A stretch of DNA of 64,000 nt, from the NCBI GenBank assembly GCA_031404015.1, contig JANNGT010000027.1, forward strand, positions 920 through 64,919, written 5' to 3'. This document shows, one piece after another, positions 42,705 to 50,942 of the stretch (the first letter of the stretch is position 1; each line of letters opens with the position of its first letter). The position numbers and the translations under genes were made by a program. The notes beneath the pieces are model-generated. The model worked only from the letters and a program-made list of their open reading frames with translations, was not told the origin of the DNA and ran no database searches. Origin of the DNA: Gammaproteobacteria bacterium (lineage in GTDB: Bacteria; Pseudomonadota; Gammaproteobacteria; Steroidobacterales; Steroidobacteraceae).

Positions 42705-43226
42705 ATGGCCATCCAGGCACAGATCAGTCATGAGCCCATCGGCAGGGTGCTGCGAGATCGTTGGCTTTGGCTGGCAACCATAGCCTGCGCGGCTACAGGC
42801 GCGGTCATTGGACTCTGGTTCGGCCCATCGATCGGCGAGTCCGCACTGGTTGGCGCTGTTGCCATCGGGATCATGGGACTCGCGCCGGGTTTCGTAGCGG
42901 GCCTGATGGCGGCCCTGATTCGCCGCCGCTCGCGTTCACGCCGCGCTGAGCAGGCAGCGCGCGAGCGATTCGTGGCGTCGCTTGACGAACAGTCTTCGCC
43001 CGATACTCGACACTCTATCGACCCCGCCCGTCCGCGCGTGCTGATCATCGATCAGTCCATGGCTACGCCTGGCGCACTCGACGCCGCGGTGATCGCCAGA
43101 CTGCGAGTAGCCATCGAAGATCGTGTGGAACTCGGGGCCGCGGAATCGGAGCTGCGACACCACGGATTCGAGAAGTGCGCGTTCCGCATCAACGGCGAAA
43201 CGATTGTGGAACGCAGTATCAATTGA
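42705..43226 (+). CDS. Hypothetical membrane-anchored protein
   Basis: Two N-terminal TM helices, an RRRSRSRR stop-transfer segment and a soluble C-terminal domain of about 90 aa. No family recognised. Confidence 0.5.
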   Translation: MAIQAQISHEPIGRVLRDRWLWLATIACAATGAVIGLWFGPSIGESALVGAVAIGIMGLAPGFVAGLMAALIRRRSRSRRAEQAARERFVASLDEQSSPDTRHSIDPARPRVLIIDQSMATPGALDAAVIARLRVAIEDRVELGAAESELRHHGFEKCAFRINGETIVERSIN

Positions 43227-43376
43227 TGCGCGGGACGATCAGCGGCGAGCGGCAGCGCAGCCCAGGCTCCCGATCCAAGCCAAACCAGGTGCGACAAGGC
43301 ACCCAAACAGGGTTGGCTGCGTTTGAATTCACCTCGCCACGCTTGCAAGTGCGAAGAATGCTCGCAAGATGCACGC

Positions 43377-43838
43377 ATGAAAAACCCCGATACCCCTATC
43401 GATACGCAGGCCATCCTCAGCGTGATCGACGCGCAATCACAGTTGCAAAACCACCTCGCCGCGGCGCTCGGCGACATGTACGGGCTGTCTCTCAACGACC
43501 TCTTGATTCTCCTGCACCTCGACCAGTCTGTGGGCGGGCGGCTGCGGCGTGTCCAGCTCGCCGAGCGCCTCGAGTTGCCCGAATCGGGCGTCGCCCGAAT
43601 GGTGGCCGCCATGGTGAAGCGAGGCTGGGTTACGCGCCCCGCTGACCGTCGCGGCGCTAGCGTCGGCTACGTGATGCTCACGAGCGCCGGCCACCGCCTC
43701 GCCCGCGACGGCGCGCAGGCACTGACTCAATTGGTCACCGCATTGTTCAGTGACCACCAGACGCCACAGGAACTGACAACCATCACCCGTCAGCTCTATC
43801 GCCTGACGTCCAATCTACCCGGCAAGTTGAGTGCCTGA
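43377..43838 (+). CDS. MarR family transcriptional regulator
   Basis: Winged-helix segment LSLNDLLILLHL...RVQLAERLELPESGVARMVAAMVKRGWVTR...D.R....LT..G. Confidence 0.85.
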   Translation: MKNPDTPIDTQAILSVIDAQSQLQNHLAAALGDMYGLSLNDLLILLHLDQSVGGRLRRVQLAERLELPESGVARMVAAMVKRGWVTRPADRRGASVGYVMLTSAGHRLARDGAQALTQLVTALFSDHQTPQELTTITRQLYRLTSNLPGKLSA

Positions 43839-43907
43839 GGCGGCGAGGATCGATTCCCAGGCATCGCCTCGCCTCGATCCCTCGTCGACCGCACAGACGC
43901 AACAACG

Positions 43908-44027
43908 TCACGCACGTTTCAGCCGGACAAAGTCCCCGAAGCCGTCTGAACTGCGAAGATCGAAGCCTAGTAGCTCGCAATAAAATGCCAGTGCTCGCTC
44001 CCGGTCGGAGATGGAGATGATTGCCAC
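43908..44027 (-). pseudogene. Possible remnant of a glyoxalase/VOC-family gene (N-terminal about 40 codons only)
   Basis: The third minus frame reads VAIISISDRERALAFYCELLGFDLRSSDGFGDFVRLKRA*, the typical first beta-alpha-beta of a VOC domain. It is not present as an ORF in the track. Confidence 0.3.
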
Positions 44028-44217
44028 GGGCGTTCCAGCGGCGACGTCCCAGTTCGGGAACACCAGTACCGCCGACCGAATCCCCGGCAGTGTCCTGAAT
44101 CCGGCTTGCCGAGAGCAACGAAAAAATGGTGGTATTCAAGGCCGACACATCGCCACGGCCGCGCGGGACGCGCCCGTGTGCGGCACTCATCCAACTTAGC
44201 AACTTCAGGGTATTTTC

Positions 44218-44700
44218 ATGCTCACTCATCGCATCAACGCCTTTTTTATTGCCGTTGCCCTCTCCGCCTCGGCTCCAGCCCTCGCCAACGAGACTTTTTT
44301 CGCCGATCTAAGCGGCGACCAGGAGGTGCCAACGGCGGTTGCGAGCCCCACCTCGGGCAAGTTCGATATCCAGTTCAACAAGGACTATACGGAAGCAGAG
44401 TTCACGCTGCGGGTCGAAGGCGGCAACCAGCTGTTCATGGCTCACCTCCACTGCGCAGCCGTCGGCTCCAACGGCCCGGTCGTGGTTTGGTTGGCCGGGT
44501 CGCACCCAGCTCCAGGTGGCTGGAACGTCGACGGCAAGTGGGTCGGCAACACGATCCTGAAGGATTCAAACATCGTCAATCCATTGTGTGGCGCTAATCT
44601 CAAGGATCTGGCGGCGGCAATGCGCGCTGGGAACGTCTACGTCAATGTTCATTCGCGCGCCAATCCTGCAGGCGAGGTACGCGGTCAGGTCGTGCGCTGA
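44218..44700 (+). CDS. Secreted CHRD domain protein
   Basis: Signal peptide ending ...SASAPALA. LSGDQEVP, AHLHCAAVGSNGPVVVWL and VNVHSRANPAGEVRGQV are CHRD hallmarks. Confidence 0.85.
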   Translation: MLTHRINAFFIAVALSASAPALANETFFADLSGDQEVPTAVASPTSGKFDIQFNKDYTEAEFTLRVEGGNQLFMAHLHCAAVGSNGPVVVWLAGSHPAPGGWNVDGKWVGNTILKDSNIVNPLCGANLKDLAAAMRAGNVYVNVHSRANPAGEVRGQVVR

Positions 44701-44710
44701 ATGATCGGAT

Positions 44711-44737
44711 GGTGGTGCGGAACCAATCCGCACCACC
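44711..44737 (+). terminator. Strong hairpin after the CHRD gene (terminator-like, no T-tract)
   Basis: 11-bp stem ggtggtgcgga / tccgcaccacc with 5-nt loop, 10 nt after the stop. Confidence 0.45.
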
Positions 44738-44831
44738 GCGCCTAGCAAATCGATTTAGCGCGGGCAGGCTCGCCCGGGCCGATCGGGGGAACAGACGGCT
44801 GGACCCCCGATTGTGCGATCAATGTCTGCGC

Positions 44832-45734
44832 TTATTTACGTAAGACCCGATTGAACAGGTCCAGCGTTCGACTCCAGGCCAACTGCGCCGCCTCCGCGTC
44901 GTAGCGCGGCGTCGTGTCGTTGTGAAACCCGTGCTGCGTGTTCGGGTAGACATGCGCCGTGTGCTTCACGCCCGCCGCCTTCAGCGCCGCCTCGAACGGC
45001 GGCCAGCTCGCGTTGACCCGGTCATCGTTCGCCGCGAAATGCAGCAGTAATTCCGCCTTGATCGCGCCCACGTGCTCGAGGGCCGGGGCGCTGCCGTAGA
45101 ACGGCACCGCCGCCGCCAGGTCCGGCAATGCCACCGCGAGCCGGTTGGCAATCGCGCCGCCGTAACAGAAGCCAACAACGCCAAGACGGGCGCCGGTGTC
45201 GGGCTGGGCGCGCAGGAACTGCGTTGCGGCAATGAAGTCCTCGAACGCCTTGGCCTGGTCCAGCGTCTGGAACAGCGCCCGTGCCTTATCCTCGTCACCG
45301 GGGTAGCCACCGAGCGGAAACAGGGCATCCGGTGCCAGCGCCACGAAATTCTCGAGCGCCACTCGCCGCGCGACGTCCTCGATGTGCGGGTTCAGTCCGC
45401 GATTCTCGTGCACGACCAGCACCAGCGGCAGCGGCCCCTTGGACTTGGACGGTCGCACGAGGTACCCGCGTGCCTTGCCATGGCCCTTGGGCGAATCGTA
45501 TTCGACGTAGCGCGCGTCCAGCCGCGCGTCCGCAGGCGCAATCTGCTGCGCCTCCGCAAACCGCGGACTCAGTGCGCCAAGCAGGCCCGCGGCCGTCACC
45601 GTGCCGACCGCGAAATTCCCCACCCGCGCGAGGAACGTGCGACGGTCGATGTCGCCGTGCACATACTGGTCAAAGATCAGGAGCACTTCGGGATCGAAGT
45701 CACTCGCTTGTTGCGTCGGTTGCTCGTCCGCCAT
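44832..45734 (-). CDS. Dienelactone hydrolase family protein with Tat-like signal
   Basis: DRRTFLARVGNFAVG twin-arginine motif. VVHENRGL, GVVGFCYGG nucleophile elbow and HGFHND. Confidence 0.88.
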   Translation of the reverse strand: MADEQPTQQASDFDPEVLLIFDQYVHGDIDRRTFLARVGNFAVGTVTAAGLLGALSPRFAEAQQIAPADARLDARYVEYDSPKGHGKARGYLVRPSKSKGPLPLVLVVHENRGLNPHIEDVARRVALENFVALAPDALFPLGGYPGDEDKARALFQTLDQAKAFEDFIAATQFLRAQPDTGARLGVVGFCYGGAIANRLAVALPDLAAAVPFYGSAPALEHVGAIKAELLLHFAANDDRVNASWPPFEAALKAAGVKHTAHVYPNTQHGFHNDTTPRYDAEAAQLAWSRTLDLFNRVLRK

Positions 45735-45842
45735 GGTTGTCTTTACCCGCGCTGATCGACGGCCTATCGTAGTTGAATCCGTGCGCCCCGGACCTGCGAT
45801 TCAACTCCTAAGCAGTCACCGACGTTCGCTGGAGGCCTACAT

Positions 45843-46184
45843 ATGACGCAACGCGCCACCGTCTTCGCAATCATCGCCGCCACCTGGGCAATCAGCGGGT
45901 GCGGCGTGAGCTCCCCTGACCGGAACGCAGCCGTCGCGACCAGCGACGCACCCCATCTCCTCGTCGAGCTGCAGCCGCTGCCGCACGGGCATCCCCCGGT
46001 GCCCGGCTTCTCCTCGCCGCGGACGCTGCCCGACGGACATCCACCCGTCCCCGGACATCACCCGGCGCCGGCGCTGCCGGAAGGGCATCCCCGTTGCCCG
46101 GCGCGCGGAATGCTTGAAGCGCCGCCGTCCGACGCCGAGCTGGATCTGGGGCTGCTAAGCCCGCCAGACGTGGTCAGCACTTAG
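45843..46184 (+). CDS. Small lipoprotein with tandem P-x-G-H-P-P-V-P-G His/Pro repeats
   Basis: Lipobox AISGC at residues 17-20. Repeats LPHGHPPVPG / LPDGHPPVPG / HHPAPALPEGHPRCP. Confidence 0.6.
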   Translation: MTQRATVFAIIAATWAISGCGVSSPDRNAAVATSDAPHLLVELQPLPHGHPPVPGFSSPRTLPDGHPPVPGHHPAPALPEGHPRCPARGMLEAPPSDAELDLGLLSPPDVVST

Positions 46185-46336
46185 GGAGTGACCAAAGCAA
46201 ACGTGGTGAAGGCTTCGCCTCAATGCCTACCGAACGCGCATTGTCGGCAAGGTCCTACTTATCGCTTCCAACCATTGAAATATAGTGCGCGGCGACGCAA
46301 GTTGAGATGACTCAGCACCATTAGCCGAGGCACGCG

Positions 46337-46864
46337 ATGTCAACCTCCACGACAGAGTTCGAGCGTCTCGCAGTGCCGCTCGAGCGCGACGTTTTCCTCC
46401 GCAGTTTAATCCGCGAACTGTCCGGCACGCTCCAGGACGTGATCGGTCTCGACGAAGCGGCCGGCTTTATCAGCATCGTCGGGCAGCGCATTGGTGAGAG
46501 CATCAACGAGTCGTACAAGCTGGCGCTGAACACCAGTGTCCTTGACAGACACCAGGTCGCCAACGTCCTGGTCGACCTGAAGCGTCGCATCCAGGGCAGC
46601 TTCTACATCATCGAAGAAACGGACGAGAAGATCGTGTTCGGCAACCGGAATTGCCCATTTGCAGAAAAGGTGATCGGGCGCCCCTCCATGTGCATGATGA
46701 CTTCAAACGTGTTCGGGGTCATCGCGGCGGAGAATCTGGGTCACGCCAAGGTCGTTCTCAACGAGACGATTGCCCAAGGCTCGGCGTCGTGCAGGGTTAC
46801 GCTTTACCTGAAAGACTCGGCGGAGTCGGCCTCAATGGCTGGCCGCGAATACTTTCAGAGCTGA
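46337..46864 (+). CDS. Methanogen-output-domain-1 (MOD1)-like / V4R-like small protein
   Basis: [35 protein letters not shown]...[18 protein letters not shown]...[33 protein letters not shown] matches the MOD1 family as remembered. Confidence 0.65.
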   Translation: MSTSTTEFERLAVPLERDVFLRSLIRELSGTLQDVIGLDEAAGFISIVGQRIGESINESYKLALNTSVLDRHQVANVLVDLKRRIQGSFYIIEETDEKIVFGNRNCPFAEKVIGRPSMCMMTSNVFGVIAAENLGHAKVVLNETIAQGSASCRVTLYLKDSAESASMAGREYFQS

Positions 46865-46871
46865 GCGACCT

Positions 46872-48854
46872 GTGTCCCGGTTGGCCGAGAACTTCGGCGA
46901 TCTAGCCGATTGTTTCCCAGAGCCGATATTGCTGCTGGAGAGCGGCGGCCTTGTATGCGCCGCCAATCGTGCTGCGCTTACGCTTATTGCAACCCTGACT
47001 CCGAAGCAAACCGCGTTGGAGGAGTTGGTCTGCGATCTTCCCGAAACCGTCCATCTGTTCCTGCGTGCCTGTTTGCGGTCGGCCGAGCCCCTGCCTGGGG
47101 CCCTTACCTTCAAAATGCGCAACGGCGGGACCGAGCGCTACCGTTGCCAGGGATCGGCCGTCGCACAAGCAGAATCCAGCGGGCGCCCGCGGATGGTTCT
47201 GCGGTTCCTGCTGAAGGACGCTTCGTCGAGCCGATTCGTCTCGCTCAACCAGCAAGTCGAGCATCTGCGTCGCGAAATGGCCCGCAGGCATCACGCGGAG
47301 CGGACAGCGGAGCAACAGCGTCAGATCTGGCAGGTCACGTTATCCAGCATTGGCGACGGGGTGATCGCGACCGACACCGAGGGGCGCATTACCTTCATGA
47401 ATGCCGTTGCGGAATCCCTGACGGGCCGCCACCAGAGCGAGTGTCAGGGCAAGCCTTTGGAGTGCGCATTCGTCATTCACAACGAGGACACCGGGGAGCC
47501 GCAAGAGAATCCCGTGCAGGACGTCCTGCGCTCCGGAAATGTGGTCGGCCTGGCAAACCACACGGTGCTTATCCGTCCAGACGGTACGCAGCTCCCCATC
47601 GACGACAGCGCCGCTCCGATTCGCGACGCGGCCGGGAACCTGTTCGGCGTCGTTCTCGTATTTCACGAGGTGGCGGAAAGTCGTCGGTTGCAGCGTGAGC
47701 TAGTGCGCCAGGCCGAGTCGCTGCACGAAGCCACGCGCCGCAAGGACGAGTTTCTCGCCGTGCTTGCCCACGAGCTGCGAAATCCTCTGGCCCCATTGCG
47801 AAACGGGCTCGCCCTCCTTCGTCAGGCAAGCACGGCCGACGGTGCAATGTCTGGTGTACTCATGATGATGGAGCGTCAGCTTGTCCACATGGTGCGTCTC
47901 GTCAACGATCTGATGGACCTGAACCGGATCGCGCATGGCATGACCGAGCTGAAGAAAGCGCCGGTGTTCATACGTGACGTCCTGGAGCGTAGCATCGAAG
48001 CCGTACGCTCCGATCTCGACGCCCGCGGCCATTCGCTCAGCGTCAGTGGCAGCGACGACACCGTGGTACTGGGGGATGCGGATCGATTGACGCAGGTGCT
48101 GTCGAACCTGCTGACCAACGGCATCAAGTATTCTGATGATGGCTCCAGCATCGCGCTCGCGATCGAAAAGACGGGGGATCAAGTGTCGATCCACGTGACC
48201 GACACAGGCATCGGCATTCCCAGCAACCAGCTGGAGCAAGTGTTCGAGATGTTCTCGCAGGTGCGCGGACACCAGTCGCGCTCGGAAGGCGGACTGGGAA
48301 TCGGCCTTGCGGTCGCGCGCGGTCTCATGAAACAGCATGGTGGAACGCTCAGCGTCCGCAGCGAAGGGCCGGGCCTCGGCAGCGTTTTTACGATGTCTCT
48401 TCCGGTACTGAGACGTTTGGATGTACCGCAACCCGCGGCGGGGGTCGACAGTGAGCAGCACTCCCCTGGACCACCGTTGAGGGTTGTCGTGGCGGAAGAC
48501 AATGTCGACTCTGCAGAGTCCCTCTGTGCGGTGCTGCAGTTGTCGGGACACGACGTGAGGATTGCGAACAACGGTCTGCGAGCCGTGGAACTCGCAGAAG
48601 AGTTTGACCCGCATGTCGTCTTCATGGATATCGGAATGCCAGAGATGGACGGCATCGAGGCAACGAAGCGGATTCGACAGGCGCCGGCCGGCGACCGCCA
48701 CTTCGTGGTCGCTCTTACGGGTTGGGGTCAACGACAGGATCGGGAGCGCACCCGATCGGCCGGTGTCGATCGACACGTGGTAAAGCCAATCAGCCCTGAG
48801 GAATTAACGGAAATCCTCGGGCTCGTGAGTTCGCGGGTGTACGAAGCGCCCTGA
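46872..48854 (+). CDS. Hybrid sensor histidine kinase/response regulator (unknown N-domain, PAS, HisKA, HATPase, REC)
   Basis: PAS (GVIATDTEGRITFMN), H-box FLAVLAHELRNPL, NLLTNGIKYS, GLGIGLAVARGL and a receiver VVVAEDN...MDIGMPEMDG...VKP. GTG start lies 8 nt after the MOD1 stop. Confidence 0.88.
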   Translation: MSRLAENFGDLADCFPEPILLLESGGLVCAANRAALTLIATLTPKQTALEELVCDLPETVHLFLRACLRSAEPLPGALTFKMRNGGTERYRCQGSAVAQAESSGRPRMVLRFLLKDASSSRFVSLNQQVEHLRREMARRHHAERTAEQQRQIWQVTLSSIGDGVIATDTEGRITFMNAVAESLTGRHQSECQGKPLECAFVIHNEDTGEPQENPVQDVLRSGNVVGLANHTVLIRPDGTQLPIDDSAAPIRDAAGNLFGVVLVFHEVAESRRLQRELVRQAESLHEATRRKDEFLAVLAHELRNPLAPLRNGLALLRQASTADGAMSGVLMMMERQLVHMVRLVNDLMDLNRIAHGMTELKKAPVFIRDVLERSIEAVRSDLDARGHSLSVSGSDDTVVLGDADRLTQVLSNLLTNGIKYSDDGSSIALAIEKTGDQVSIHVTDTGIGIPSNQLEQVFEMFSQVRGHQSRSEGGLGIGLAVARGLMKQHGGTLSVRSEGPGLGSVFTMSLPVLRRLDVPQPAAGVDSEQHSPGPPLRVVVAEDNVDSAESLCAVLQLSGHDVRIANNGLRAVELAEEFDPHVVFMDIGMPEMDGIEATKRIRQAPAGDRHFVVALTGWGQRQDRERTRSAGVDRHVVKPISPEELTEILGLVSSRVYEAP

Positions 48855-48961
48855 TCACCACCACCCCTCACCGTCGTGCCTCCGCTGCCACGACCAATAT
48901 TGTCCGTCGGCGTACGCCGACACATCACGGCGACGCGTGCACTGCAAGCCTCTCGGTATGC

Positions 48962-49969
48962 TTGGCTTTCGTTTCCGCTTGCGAGCATCCGATCATCGCT
49001 TCTAACCCTCTCCCTGCTGCCCGCCTCTCAGGTCCGCCCCTGTACGTCGTACTCAATTCCGGCTCGGGCAGTGACGAGGCTGTTCCGCCCGCGCAGGTGA
49101 TCGCGCAAGTACTGACCGACGCACGTCGAGCGCACGAGATCATCGTCGTCGACGACGGTGAGGATCTCAGCGCCGCAACGCACCGGGCGGTGGAACTCGC
49201 TCTGCGTAACGATGGGGTCGTGGTCGCCGCCGGCGGTGATGGCACGCTCAATACCGTGGCGCAGGCGGCGCTCGAAGTGAACTGCAAGTTCGGCGTGATA
49301 CCGCAAGGCACATTCAATTACTTTGGTCGCGCCCAGGGAATACCGGGTGACACGGCGGAGGCCGCGCGCGCTTTGCTCACGTCCCGCATCCAGCCGGTAC
49401 AGGTTGGCCTGGTCAACGATCGCATATTCCTGGTCAATGCGAGTTTGGGCATGTACCCGAAGTCGCTCGAGATCCGCGAAGAACAGACCGAGCGATTCGG
49501 CCGGTCCCGCATCGTCGCGGCATGGGCCGCATTGCTTACGGTACTGCGCAAATTTCATCCCTTGCGCTTGAAGCTGGAAGGTCCAGGCGGCACTCGCGAC
49601 CTGAACACGTTGACGCTTTTCGTTGGCAACAACCGCATGCAACTGGAGCGCATGGGTGCAGCGGCCGATGGTGTTGAATCGGGCCGGCTAGGCGCGGTGG
49701 TGTTGCGGCCTGTTTCGAGGCTCGGGATGCTCTGGTTGCTGACTCAAGGCGCCATGCGCCGACTTGGGAGTGCCCGTTACGTCGAGAGTTTCACACTGAC
49801 CCAGCTGAAAGTGGACTTTTCCCGTTCCAGGTTACGCCAGGTGAAGGTTGCCACGGACGGCGAGATTGCCTGGATGGACGTCCCGATCCAGTTCCGGGTA
49901 TCGCCGCAGCCGCTGCTGCTGCTCAAACCCGATGCAGCCGTCGATGGGCGCACAGCCGCAGCTGAATGA
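48962..49969 (+). CDS. Diacylglycerol-kinase-family lipid kinase (YegS/BmrU-like)
   Basis: LYVVLNSGSGS, VVAAGGDGTLN and FGVIPQGTFNYF. TTG start at 48962 is the only in-frame start upstream of the conserved N-terminus. Confidence 0.8.
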   Translation: MAFVSACEHPIIASNPLPAARLSGPPLYVVLNSGSGSDEAVPPAQVIAQVLTDARRAHEIIVVDDGEDLSAATHRAVELALRNDGVVVAAGGDGTLNTVAQAALEVNCKFGVIPQGTFNYFGRAQGIPGDTAEAARALLTSRIQPVQVGLVNDRIFLVNASLGMYPKSLEIREEQTERFGRSRIVAAWAALLTVLRKFHPLRLKLEGPGGTRDLNTLTLFVGNNRMQLERMGAAADGVESGRLGAVVLRPVSRLGMLWLLTQGAMRRLGSARYVESFTLTQLKVDFSRSRLRQVKVATDGEIAWMDVPIQFRVSPQPLLLLKPDAAVDGRTAAAE

Positions 49970-50775
49970 CGGTCCTGCTGCAGGTCTCTGATGCGCATTT
50001 CGGCACGGAACGGCCTGAGGTCGTCGCCGCCCTGCTTGGCCTTGCGCAGTCGCAACAGCCCGATGTGGTCGTGCTGTCGGGTGATATCACGCAGCGTGCG
50101 CGCCGCAGTCAGTTTGCGGCTGCACGTGCATTCGTCGACCGATTGCCGCCGACTCGCCTGCTGGCCATCGCTGGCAATCACGACATACCGCTGTTCAACG
50201 CGCTGGCGCGCATATTCGCGCCGTATGCCAACTATGCGCGTGCCTTTGGCCCGGACCTCGAGCCCGTATTAGAACTCGGTGACATGCTGGTGATCGGCGT
50301 GAACACGACTCGGCCGCGCCGGCACAAGGACGGAGAAATCTCAGAGCTGCAGGTGCAACGTGTAGGCGCTCGATTGCTCAGTGCGAAGGACCACCAACTG
50401 CGCATCGTCGTCGTGCACCAACCCGTGCTTGCGATCCAGGAAGGTGACACGCGAAACCTGATACACGGTCGTGAGCGCGCAATCGATGCGTGGGTGGACT
50501 CGGGCGTAGACATCGTCATGGGCGGACATATCCATCTGCCCTACGTGCGTCCGTTGCATGCACTCGGTGCACATCGACCAAGGACAGCATGGACTGTCCA
50601 GGCCGGCACGGCGGTCTCCTCGCGAGTGCGAGATGGCCTGCCGAACTCAGTCAATGTGATTCGATGCGTGTCCGGCACTGGTCCGCGTGGATGCATCGTG
50701 GAGCGCTGGGATTTTGCGTCGGGTTCGAATTGCTTCGAGCAGCACGCATCGCAATCACTGCAGTTCGCGAGTTGA
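49966..50775 (+). CDS. Metallophosphoesterase
   Basis: LLQVSDAHFG, VVLSGDIT, IAGNHD, VVVHQP and GGHIHL. ATGA overlap with the lipid kinase. Confidence 0.88.
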   Translation: MTVLLQVSDAHFGTERPEVVAALLGLAQSQQPDVVVLSGDITQRARRSQFAAARAFVDRLPPTRLLAIAGNHDIPLFNALARIFAPYANYARAFGPDLEPVLELGDMLVIGVNTTRPRRHKDGEISELQVQRVGARLLSAKDHQLRIVVVHQPVLAIQEGDTRNLIHGRERAIDAWVDSGVDIVMGGHIHLPYVRPLHALGAHRPRTAWTVQAGTAVSSRVRDGLPNSVNVIRCVSGTGPRGCIVERWDFASGSNCFEQHASQSLQFAS

Positions 50776-50942
50776 TTCCCTGGGCTGAGAAGCCGCGCAT
50801 CGACCTACGAGGTGCTCACGCGCCATCAGTGCACAGGGGGTGGCGGGCCGCCGTGACCAGCGGAGTGGCATGCAAGTAGTCCGTTTCGCCGCTGCCGGGA
50901 ATCGGTAGACTCCGCCCTCAGGTCGTCTGGGGGGCGAAGTTC

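Noticed and set aside
43783-44229. 148-aa minus-strand ORF between marR and the CHRD gene.
   Set aside because: The composition is implausible (RGRG, CLG runs). It overlaps the marR 3' end and the CHRD start. A different frame in the same region carries the only protein-like stretch (the VOC stub).
48906-48921. Perfect 16-bp palindrome GTCGGCGTACGCCGAC after the second hybrid kinase.
   Set aside because: It could be a weak terminator stem or an operator for the lipid-kinase gene. It is a single occurrence with no T-tract and no second copy in the window.
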